64,000 nucleotides of DNA. Origin: Rhodospirillales bacterium. GTDB taxonomy: Bacteria; Pseudomonadota; Alphaproteobacteria; CACIAM-22H2. Below the pieces are notes generated by a model, which ran no database searches, was not told the origin of the DNA, and saw only the letters and a program-made list of their open reading frames with translations. The stretch covers positions 370-64,369 of the forward strand of contig JAEUKY010000383.1 of NCBI GenBank assembly GCA_016794005.1, read 5' to 3'. Numbering within the stretch: the stretch's first letter is position 1; each line of letters opens with the position of its first letter. This document shows positions 39,838 through 48,050 of this stretch, one piece after another. A program made the position numbers and the translations under genes.

Positions 39838-41196
39838 ATGGCAGACAAGGATCCTGGCCGCCGCGATGTCTTCGCCGGTGCGGCTGCACTGGGGGCTCTC
39901 GGGACTCTCTCCTGGGTTCCCCGGACTCGCGCCCAGACGCCGAAGGTGGGCCCGTTCACGATCGTCATCAACAACTCGCCGTGGTTCGACGGCTTCCGCG
40001 GCGCCGTCGAAGCTTACGAGAAGGAGTCCGGAAACAAGGTCAATCTCGACGTCAACCCGTTCGGCGGAAGTCTCGAGAAGCAGCGCGCCTCGGTCCGCGC
40101 GCGCGACGGCCTCTTCGATCTGCTGATCATGAACGGCCTCTACTATCAGGAAATGTACCATGGGGGATTCCTGACGCCGATCAGCGACATCGATCCGTCG
40201 TTCAAGCTCGATCCCCAGATGATCCGGTACGACAACACCGTATACTGGGACGAGGCAACCAAGACCCACGATCCGAAGGGCAAGCTGATGTCGGTGCCGG
40301 TCAACGGCAACATCCCGCTGCTCCTCTATCGGGCCGACCTCTACGAGCAGAACAAACTCAAGGTTCCCGAGACGTGGGACGAACTCCTCGACAACGCGAA
40401 GAAGCTCCACAACCCGCCGCGCATCTACGGGATCGTCCAGCGCGGGGCGCGCGGGTCTCCGAACGACATCTCGTACGACTGGTGGCCCTATCTGTACAGC
40501 CACGGCGGCAAGCTTTTCCGCGACGAGCCGAAGAGCGACTACACCGTCACGATCAACAGTCCGGAAGGCAAGGCCGCCCTAGATTTCTACATCCGCATGG
40601 CGAAGGAAGCGGGGCATCCGCAGACGGGTGGGCTCGCGCAAGCGCAGATCATCCAGAATCTGGCGACGGGGCGGGCGGCACATGCCCTGCTCGTGATCGC
40701 CGCATGGTCGCAGCTTGACGATCCGACAAAGTCGGCGGTCGTAGGCAAGATCAACGCTGCTCGCGTGCCCGGATCGGCCAAGGGCAAGCCGGCGCCCGTT
40801 CTGGGCCACTGGCTTGCGGGCGTTCCGAAGAACGTGCCGAAGGAACGGCAGCAGGCTGCATTGACCTTCCTCAACTGGTTCCAGACGCGGGATGCCCAGA
40901 TGAGGTACATGGCCGCCGGTGCGCCACCGGTCCGGCAGGACGTCCTTTCCGACCAGAATCTCTGGAAGGACCCGAAGAATCGCTGGATGCCGGCGATGGC
41001 GCAGAGCTCGGACTTCGTCCAGCTTATGTGGAGTGTGCCCGAGGGGGCGCAGATCGGTGACGTACTCGAGCTGCGGCTCAACCAGGCCGTCATCGGCGAA
41101 CTGACGAGCGACAAGGCGCTCAACATGATCGCGGACGAGACGCACGCGATCATGCAACGCGCCGGCTACAAGACCGGCAAGATCGCGCCGCTCTGA
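39838..41196 (+). CDS. ABC sugar/oligosaccharide substrate-binding protein (family 1, CUT1-like)
   Basis: ORF 39778..41196 trimmed to MADKDPGRRDVFAGAAALGAL (Tat signal) with AGGGAGAA SD. Confidence 0.8.
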   Translation: MADKDPGRRDVFAGAAALGALGTLSWVPRTRAQTPKVGPFTIVINNSPWFDGFRGAVEAYEKESGNKVNLDVNPFGGSLEKQRASVRARDGLFDLLIMNGLYYQEMYHGGFLTPISDIDPSFKLDPQMIRYDNTVYWDEATKTHDPKGKLMSVPVNGNIPLLLYRADLYEQNKLKVPETWDELLDNAKKLHNPPRIYGIVQRGARGSPNDISYDWWPYLYSHGGKLFRDEPKSDYTVTINSPEGKAALDFYIRMAKEAGHPQTGGLAQAQIIQNLATGRAAHALLVIAAWSQLDDPTKSAVVGKINAARVPGSAKGKPAPVLGHWLAGVPKNVPKERQQAALTFLNWFQTRDAQMRYMAAGAPPVRQDVLSDQNLWKDPKNRWMPAMAQSSDFVQLMWSVPEGAQIGDVLELRLNQAVIGELTSDKALNMIADETHAIMQRAGYKTGKIAPL

Positions 41197-41205
41197 CGAA
41201 AGTGC

Positions 41206-41238
41206 GGGACGGCGAGGGGCAATGCCCCTCGCCGTCCC
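41206..41238 (+). promoter_or_regulatory. intercistronic perfect 15-bp GC-rich stem-loop between the binding-protein and permease genes
   Basis: gggacggcgaggggc-aat-gcccctcgccgtccc. No U tract follows. Confidence 0.7.
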
Positions 41239-41251
41239 GCCGGGATCTGAA

Positions 41252-42142
41252 ATGGCCAGCCGAGACATCAAGACCGACCGAACATGGCGCGCGATCGCGC
41301 TGTCGCCCACGATCGCGATATTCGTGCTGATGTCCGTGCTGCCGGTACTGAACCTGCTGGCGATGAGCGTTAACGAAATCAGCTGGGTTGCCGGGCATTC
41401 GGTCTGGAAGTACGTGGGTGACGCGCATTACGGCCGCCTCGCCGCCGACGCACTTCTGCACAAGGGTGCGGTCAATACGATGGTGTTTGCCGTAGGGGGC
41501 GTCACGGTGCAGGTCGTGCTCGGCTTCCTGCTGGCCTGGGTGGTCAGTCGGATGACTCGCTCGCGGCTGATCTACCGCACGATCTTCATCCTGCCGATCC
41601 TGGTGCCAGGCATCCTGATCGGCGCCATCTGGAAGCTGATGCTGAATTACGATTTCGGCCTGCTGAACGGCGCACTGGAGGTGTTCGGCGTCAATCCGAT
41701 CGACTGGCTGGGTACGCCGTCGTTGGCGTTGCCGGCCGTGATCGTCGTCGATATCTGGCACTGGACGCCGTTCTGCTTCCTGCTACTGCTCGCGGGTTTC
41801 GAATCGCTGCCGCAGGACGTGCAGGAGGCCGCGCGCGTCGACGGGGCAGGTACGTGGAACGAACTGCGATTTGTGCTGATCCCGATGATGATGCCGGTCA
41901 TCGTCGTGACGTTCCTTTTCCGCTTCGTGACCTCGCTGAAGGTGTTCGATGAAATCTACCTGTTGACTGCCGGCGGACCCGGTTCGGCGACAGAAGTCAT
42001 CAGCTACACGATCTACCGCACCTTCTTCGCGCAGGACCGGATGGGCTACGGCTCGGCGATGTCTGTCGCCGTCCTGTTCGGCATCGCGCTGCTGATCGTT
42101 GTTGCCCTGTCGGCCGCCCATCGCCAGCGGGGGAGCACATGA
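41252..42142 (+). CDS. ABC sugar transporter permease (MalF/UgpA-like)
   Basis: ORF 41222..42142. The first ATG lies in the loop of the 41206-41238 hairpin, so the second ATG (MASRDIKT) is preferred. 6-TM permease with an EAA-type loop. Confidence 0.8.
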   Translation: MASRDIKTDRTWRAIALSPTIAIFVLMSVLPVLNLLAMSVNEISWVAGHSVWKYVGDAHYGRLAADALLHKGAVNTMVFAVGGVTVQVVLGFLLAWVVSRMTRSRLIYRTIFILPILVPGILIGAIWKLMLNYDFGLLNGALEVFGVNPIDWLGTPSLALPAVIVVDIWHWTPFCFLLLLAGFESLPQDVQEAARVDGAGTWNELRFVLIPMMMPVIVVTFLFRFVTSLKVFDEIYLLTAGGPGSATEVISYTIYRTFFAQDRMGYGSAMSVAVLFGIALLIVVALSAAHRQRGST

Positions 42143-42969
42143 TCCCGACTTCGCGCAACGCATCGCTCGTTTTCCACCTGTTCCTGATCGGCGTGGCGTT
42201 GTTCGTGCTCGTGCCGTTCGTATGGATCGTTGCGGCCGGCTTCAAGACGCAGATCTCGCTTCTCCAGGGTGAAGTGTTCTTCACGCCAACGCTCGCCAGT
42301 TTCCGGGAAGTGCTGTTCTCGAAGACGACGGAGTTTCTCGCGAACACGACAAACAGCTTCATCGTCGCAACCGCGAGCACGCTGGTGATCCTCGTCGCCG
42401 CCACTCTCGGCGGCTATGCGATCGAACGCATGAACGTACCGCGCTGGCTGGTCCATACGCTGCTCGGCTGGGCCGTCGTGTTCCACATGGTTCCGCCGAT
42501 CACTCTGGTCGCAGCCTGGTTCCCGATCTATCGCGAGCTCGGGCTCGACAACACGTATATCGGTCTCACGCTCGGGCACGTCGCCGTCCATCTGCCGATG
42601 GCGCTCTGGCTGATGACGAATTTCGTGCGTGACGTTCCGATCGAGCTCGAAGAGGCTGCCCGCATCGACGGCTGCTCGACGCCGTTCCTGATCTGGCGGA
42701 TCGTCGTGCCGCTCGTCGCACCCGGGCTCGCGGCGACGGCGATCCTGATGTTCATCTTCAGCTGGAACGAGTTCGCCGTAGCGCTGAACCTGACGGCGAA
42801 ACAGACGGCGACCATCCCGGTGGCAATCGCGAAATTCGCCCAAGGTTATGAGATCAAGTACGGCGAAATGGCGGCGACGGCTGCACTCGCCCTGGTGCCC
42901 GCGCTTGCATTCCTTCTGTTCGGGCAGCGCTACATCGTGAAGGGACTGACGACGGGGGCCGTGAAGTAG
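42139..42969 (+). CDS. ABC sugar transporter permease (MalG/UgpE-like)
   Basis: ORF as given. ATGA overlap. EAA motif (LEEAARIDGCSTPFLIWRIVVPL). Confidence 0.9.
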   Translation: MIPTSRNASLVFHLFLIGVALFVLVPFVWIVAAGFKTQISLLQGEVFFTPTLASFREVLFSKTTEFLANTTNSFIVATASTLVILVAATLGGYAIERMNVPRWLVHTLLGWAVVFHMVPPITLVAAWFPIYRELGLDNTYIGLTLGHVAVHLPMALWLMTNFVRDVPIELEEAARIDGCSTPFLIWRIVVPLVAPGLAATAILMFIFSWNEFAVALNLTAKQTATIPVAIAKFAQGYEIKYGEMAATAALALVPALAFLLFGQRYIVKGLTTGAVK

Positions 42970-42971
42970 GG

Positions 42972-44162
42972 ATGCCGACGATCTACGGACAGAAACTGAC
43001 ACGCCGCGAGTTCGAACGTCGCGTGGGCGCCATGCGGCAGATCGCGGGCATCGAATTGGTGACGCTTGCCGACGGTTCCGAGCGCGGTGTGCGCGCCTTG
43101 GAGTTCCGGACAGGGGCTGGGCTCGATTTCTCGATCCTGATTGACCGGACGATGGATATCGGCCGGTTTGATTATCGCGGGGTTCCGTTCGCCTGGCAGT
43201 CGGGTACGGGATTCCGGAATCCGGCCTACATGGATCCGATGGGCGACGGCGGTAACGGCTTCATGCGCGGCTTCTCCGGCCTGCTGTGCACGTGCGGCTT
43301 CGACCATGTACGCCAGCCGGACAAAGGCGACGCCGACCACTACGATCTGCCGCTGCGCAAGGAGATCGCTTATCCGATGCACGGCCGCGGCGCTTTCCAG
43401 CCGGCGCGCCTCGATGGCTATGGCGAGATCTGGGACGGCGACGAGTGCACGCTGTGGTGCGAAGGCACGGTCGGGCAGGTGCAGGTCATGGGCGAGAACC
43501 TGACGTTCGTCCGGCGGGTAGAGGTCCGGGTCGGCATGGTGGATGTCCGCGTCGTCGATACCGTGACGAACCGGGGCTTTTCGCGCACGCCACACATGCT
43601 TCTCTATCACATCAATGTCGGCTGGCCGCTGCTCGAAGAAGGTGCACGGTTCGTGGCGCCCGTGCGCGGAACCTTCGCCGCCAACATTCCGCGTGAAAGC
43701 CAGCAGACCGGGTGGCGGACGCAGTCGGACCCGATGAAGCGCTTCATCCAGCAGGTCTTCGACCATGATGCTGTCGCGGATCGGAACGGCCGGATACCGG
43801 CCGCTCTGGTCAACGACCGGATCGGCCTCGGCTTCCTCGTCGATTACGACGCGCGACAGTTCCGCTGCCTCCAGCAATGGCAGGCGTTCGGCGAGGGTGT
43901 CTTCGGCTTCGGCATCGAACCTGCGACAGCCCATTGGGGAAACCGGGCGGACGCTGCCCGGCGCGACGAGATCGTCTGGCTTGAGTACGGCGAGTCACGC
44001 AGCTACGCGACGACACTTTCGGTGCTCCACGGAGCCGCCGACATCGCCGCTCTCGATGCGCGCGTCGAGAGCATCCATCCCGTATCGACCGACGAATTCC
44101 CGCAGCGGACCGACCAGCCGCCGGGTGGTCCCTTCGTCTCGACGCTTCCGAGGATCCGATGA
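42972..44162 (+). CDS. aldose-1-epimerase-like protein (DUF4432-type)
   Basis: ORF as given. The assignment is from remembered family resemblance only (beta-sandwich mutarotase-like proteins in sugar clusters). Confidence 0.5.
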   Translation: MPTIYGQKLTRREFERRVGAMRQIAGIELVTLADGSERGVRALEFRTGAGLDFSILIDRTMDIGRFDYRGVPFAWQSGTGFRNPAYMDPMGDGGNGFMRGFSGLLCTCGFDHVRQPDKGDADHYDLPLRKEIAYPMHGRGAFQPARLDGYGEIWDGDECTLWCEGTVGQVQVMGENLTFVRRVEVRVGMVDVRVVDTVTNRGFSRTPHMLLYHINVGWPLLEEGARFVAPVRGTFAANIPRESQQTGWRTQSDPMKRFIQQVFDHDAVADRNGRIPAALVNDRIGLGFLVDYDARQFRCLQQWQAFGEGVFGFGIEPATAHWGNRADAARRDEIVWLEYGESRSYATTLSVLHGAADIAALDARVESIHPVSTDEFPQRTDQPPGGPFVSTLPRIR

Positions 44163-45631
44163 GTCAGAAGCCGTCCAACGTCCTGTTCATCCTGTCCGAC
44201 GAGCATACGCGCGACGTTTCCGGATGCTATGGCCACAAGATCGTCAAGACGCCGAACATCGACCGGCTTGCAGCACGCGGGACGAAATTCACATCCGCCT
44301 ACACGAACTGCCCGATCTGCGTGCCGGCGCGTGCATCCCTGCACACGGGCACCTACGTGGCGGAGAATGCGTGCTGGGACAACGCGCATCCGTACGACGG
44401 GACGATCCGCAGTTGGGCACATCGGTTGAAGTCTGCTGGGCATTTTTCGATGTCGATCGGCAAGCTGCATTTCCGCTCGACGAAGGACGACAACGGCTTC
44501 GACGAAGAGATCATTCCGCTGCATGTGGTCGACGGCGAGGGCGACCTGCTCGGCCTGATCCGGCGGCCCAAGGCGGCCACGCGCGGCGGCATGCCGGATC
44601 TGGCGAAGGCCGCAGGTTCCGGCGAATCGACATATGCGAAGTACGACCGGAATATCCGCGACGGCGCGATCGAGTGGCTGACGAAGCACGCGAAGGCCCA
44701 GGCGAAGCCCTGGTGCCTGTTCGTTTCGTTCGTGAAGCCGCATTTCCCGCTAATCGCACCGCCGGAGTTCTACAAGATGTATCCGCCTGAGAGCCTGCCG
44801 ATGCCGCGGCTCTACGGGCCGGACGACTATCCCAAGCACCCGTCGGTGGCCGCGCTGCGCAGCTGCATGAGCTACGACGATTTCTTCACGCCCGAGAAGG
44901 TGCGCGTGGCGCTGGCCGCCTATTACGGCATGGTGAGCTTCCTCGACGACAATATCGGCCGAGTGCTGGCCGCACTCGAGCAGGCGGGGCTCGCCGACAC
45001 GACGCGCGTCATCTACTCGACCGATCACGGCGACAATCTCGGGACCCGGCACATGTGGGGCAAGTCGATCCACTACGAGGAGTCTTCGGCCGTTCCGCTC
45101 ATCGTCGCCGGCCCCGGCGTCCCTGCCGGAAAGGCGTGCCCGACGCCGGTCACGCTCGTCGATGTCTATCCGACAATCATCGAGAGCGTCGGTCTCGTGC
45201 CGGACGCGGTCGAGAAGAAGCTGCCCGGGCGTTCGCTGGTTGATCTTGCCAACTTGCCGCCGGTGGATCGCGTGGCGTTTGGCGAGTATCACGCCGCCGG
45301 TTCGATCACGGCGATGTACATGGTGCGCAAGGGGCGCTGGAAATACATCCATCATGTCGGCTACCGAGCCGAGCTGTTCGATCTTGAAACCGATCCGGGC
45401 GAGACGAAGGACCTGGGCGAGAGCCCTGCATATCGGGAAACGCTCAAGATGATGGAAGCCGAACTGCGAAAGCTCGTCGATCCGGAGGCCGTGAACGCGC
45501 GCGCCTTCGCCGATCAGGAGGCGAAGATCGCCAAGTTCGGCGGTGTCGACGCGCTGATCAAGCGCGGCGACTTCGGATACTCGCCCGCCCCCGGCGAGAA
45601 GCCGGTCTTCGCGACCCGTATCGAGGCCTGA
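44159..45631 (+). CDS. sulfatase (Cys-type)
   Basis: ORF as given. NVLFILSDEH and C-x-P-x-R (CVPARASLHTG). ATGA overlap with the upstream gene. Confidence 0.9.
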   Translation: MSQKPSNVLFILSDEHTRDVSGCYGHKIVKTPNIDRLAARGTKFTSAYTNCPICVPARASLHTGTYVAENACWDNAHPYDGTIRSWAHRLKSAGHFSMSIGKLHFRSTKDDNGFDEEIIPLHVVDGEGDLLGLIRRPKAATRGGMPDLAKAAGSGESTYAKYDRNIRDGAIEWLTKHAKAQAKPWCLFVSFVKPHFPLIAPPEFYKMYPPESLPMPRLYGPDDYPKHPSVAALRSCMSYDDFFTPEKVRVALAAYYGMVSFLDDNIGRVLAALEQAGLADTTRVIYSTDHGDNLGTRHMWGKSIHYEESSAVPLIVAGPGVPAGKACPTPVTLVDVYPTIIESVGLVPDAVEKKLPGRSLVDLANLPPVDRVAFGEYHAAGSITAMYMVRKGRWKYIHHVGYRAELFDLETDPGETKDLGESPAYRETLKMMEAELRKLVDPEAVNARAFADQEAKIAKFGGVDALIKRGDFGYSPAPGEKPVFATRIEA

Positions 45632-45635
45632 CACG

Positions 45636-47165
45636 ATGTCCCGCAAACCGAACATCCTGCTCATCACGTCCGACCAGCAGCGCGGCGACTGCTATGGGTT
45701 CGAAGGGCGCAAGGTCCGCACGCCGCATCTCGACATGATGGCGGGCGAGGGGACGCGCTTCTCCGCCTGCATCACGCCGAACGTCGTCTGCCAGCCGTCG
45801 CGCGCCTCGATCCTGACAGGTCTGCTGCCACGCACGCACGGCGTCTGGGACAATGGCATCGATCTCGACGAGGAAGTCGGCAATGCCGGATTCGCTGGGA
45901 CATTCGCGAAGGCAGGGTACCAGACTGGATTCATCGGCAAGGCGCATTTCTCGACTTTTCACACGTTCAAGCCGACCGGACGGCCGGAGTGCCGGTCGAG
46001 TTCGCACGAGTATGGTGGCGACTGGTCAGGCCCATATATGGGGTTCCAGCATGTCGACATGATGATCGCCGGCCACAACATGTTTCTGCCGCAGAAGCCG
46101 CCGGAAGGTCTGCAGTACGAAGCCTGGTACCACAAGGGCGGGCGCGGTGAGGCGCTCAACAAGCTGTTCTCGACCAAGCTTCCGCCGGATGTCGGTGCGG
46201 CGCAGACATGGAATTCGGCACTTCCACCGGCTTTCCACAATTCGACGTGGATTGGCGACCGCACGATTGACTTCATGCGCGACAACAAGGACCGACCGTG
46301 GATCGCGTGGGCGTCGTTCCCCGATCCGCATCATCCGTTCGATGCGCCGGCGCCTTGGTGCTACATGCATCATCCTGACGACGTCGACCTGCCGGCACAT
46401 CGGACAAAAGACCTGGAGCGGCGGCCGTGGTGGCACAAGGCTAGCCTCGAGGGCATCCCGAAGCTCGACGATCCGGAATTGCGCGCCTTCCGTGCCAAGC
46501 AGTCGCGCACGCCGGTGCAGACCGACGAGCAGCTACGCCACCTGATCGCTAACTACTACGGGATGATCTCGCTGATTGACCACAATGTCGGCCGCATCCT
46601 GCTGGCGCTCGAACACTACGGCCTCGATCGCGACACGCTGGTCATCTACACGACTGATCACGGCGACTGGCTGGGCGATCACGGGCTGCTGCTCAAGGGG
46701 CCGATCCATTACGAAGGGCTGCTGCGGATCGGATTCATCGTGCGCGGGCCGGGCGTGCCAAAGGGCAAGGTCGTGCCGCATCCGATTTCGACGCTCGATC
46801 TCGCCTCGACCTTCTACGACTACGCGAATCTGTCGCCGAACCGAAACCTCCATTCGCGCAGTCTGCGTCCGCTGATCGAGGGCGAAGGGACGCGCGATTT
46901 CGCCTACAACGAATGGGATCTGCATCCGTCGCGCTGCGGCGTGGCGCTGAAGCTGCGCACGGTGCGCACACGCACGCACAAGCTGACGCTCGAACTCGAT
47001 TCCGGGGCCGGCGAACTCTATGACCTCGCGAACGATCCGACGGAGATGGACAACCGGTTCGGCGACCCTGCCGTGGCGGCGGCCCAGCGCGAGATGACGG
47101 ACATGATCCGCAGTCGGCCGGCTGATGTCCGGGATCCTTTGCCCCAGCCGGTCGGCATGGCCTGA
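45636..47165 (+). CDS. sulfatase (Cys-type)
   Basis: ORF as given. NILLITSDQQ and C-x-P-S-R (CQPSRASILTG). Confidence 0.9.
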   Translation: MSRKPNILLITSDQQRGDCYGFEGRKVRTPHLDMMAGEGTRFSACITPNVVCQPSRASILTGLLPRTHGVWDNGIDLDEEVGNAGFAGTFAKAGYQTGFIGKAHFSTFHTFKPTGRPECRSSSHEYGGDWSGPYMGFQHVDMMIAGHNMFLPQKPPEGLQYEAWYHKGGRGEALNKLFSTKLPPDVGAAQTWNSALPPAFHNSTWIGDRTIDFMRDNKDRPWIAWASFPDPHHPFDAPAPWCYMHHPDDVDLPAHRTKDLERRPWWHKASLEGIPKLDDPELRAFRAKQSRTPVQTDEQLRHLIANYYGMISLIDHNVGRILLALEHYGLDRDTLVIYTTDHGDWLGDHGLLLKGPIHYEGLLRIGFIVRGPGVPKGKVVPHPISTLDLASTFYDYANLSPNRNLHSRSLRPLIEGEGTRDFAYNEWDLHPSRCGVALKLRTVRTRTHKLTLELDSGAGELYDLANDPTEMDNRFGDPAVAAAQREMTDMIRSRPADVRDPLPQPVGMA

Positions 47166-47188
47166 GCGGGAGGGCCTAGCGAAAATGT

Positions 47189-47225
47189 TTGACCGTCTTG
47201 TCCAAATGTTTATACATTTGGACAA
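47189..47225 (+). promoter_or_regulatory. sigma70-like promoter (TTGACC-N16-TATACA) overlapped by a perfect 12-bp inverted repeat; candidate GntR operator
   Basis: TTGTCCAAATGT-TTAT-ACATTTGGACAA at 47198-47225, ending 18 nt upstream of the GntR start codon. Confidence 0.6.
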
Positions 47226-47243
47226 ATAATCGGGGATGCACCG

Positions 47244-48050
47244 ATGAACGATGCGACGGGTACGGGCCGGCAGATGGAAACGGCGAGGGCCACGGAAGGC
47301 CCGGGCGGTCCAGGTCCGGTCATCCTTTCGCCGTTCGTGCGCGTCGCGCGCATCCCGATGCATCATCAGATCCGCGAGGATCTCGTCCTCAATCTAAATT
47401 CCGGGCGTTTCCAGCCGGGCGCGGAACTTCCTGGCGAGGCGGCATTGTGTGCGCACTACGGTGCGAGCCGCGGCACGATCCGCCACGCGCTTGCCGACCT
47501 CGCGCGCGATGGGCTGATCGACCGCCAGGCGGGGCGAGGCTCGTTCCTGCGCCATCCCAAGATCGAGGGCAGCGTCGTCGGCTCCTATCGTCAATTCCGG
47601 ATCGAGGGGCCGCCGCTCGATGCTGGCGGCAGCGTGCTGTCGCTGACCCGCCGCAAGGCTGACGCCAATGTCGCGGAGATCCTGGGGCTTGGGGTCGACC
47701 GGGCGATCTACTTCCTGCGCCGGCTGCGTTTCGCCGCCGGCGTGCCCGTCACATTGCAGACCAGCTATCTGCCCGTGGCCCTGTGCCCGGACCTGCAGAA
47801 GCACAATCTCGACGAACGCCACTTGATTGACATCCTCCTGCAGGAGTACGGGGTCGCGATGGCACGTGCCGAGGAGCTGATCGAGCCAGCGATCGCCGAC
47901 GAGCACGACGCGAAACATCTAGGCATCAAGATAGGCGCGCCGGTCTTCCAAATAGAGCGTCGGACATATCTTGCCGACGGTCGCATCGGCGAATTCCGAC
48001 GCGCCGTGATGCGCGGCGATGTCTATCGTTACCGGCTGGACCTGCGATGA
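47244..48050 (+). CDS. GntR-family (HutC/UTRA subfamily) transcriptional regulator
   Basis: ORF as given. wHTH LPGEAALCAHYGASRGTIRHALADLARDGLIDRQAGRGSFL plus a C-terminal UTRA-like domain. The true start may be further downstream. Confidence 0.85.
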   Translation: MNDATGTGRQMETARATEGPGGPGPVILSPFVRVARIPMHHQIREDLVLNLNSGRFQPGAELPGEAALCAHYGASRGTIRHALADLARDGLIDRQAGRGSFLRHPKIEGSVVGSYRQFRIEGPPLDAGGSVLSLTRRKADANVAEILGLGVDRAIYFLRRLRFAAGVPVTLQTSYLPVALCPDLQKHNLDERHLIDILLQEYGVAMARAEELIEPAIADEHDAKHLGIKIGAPVFQIERRTYLADGRIGEFRRAVMRGDVYRYRLDLR

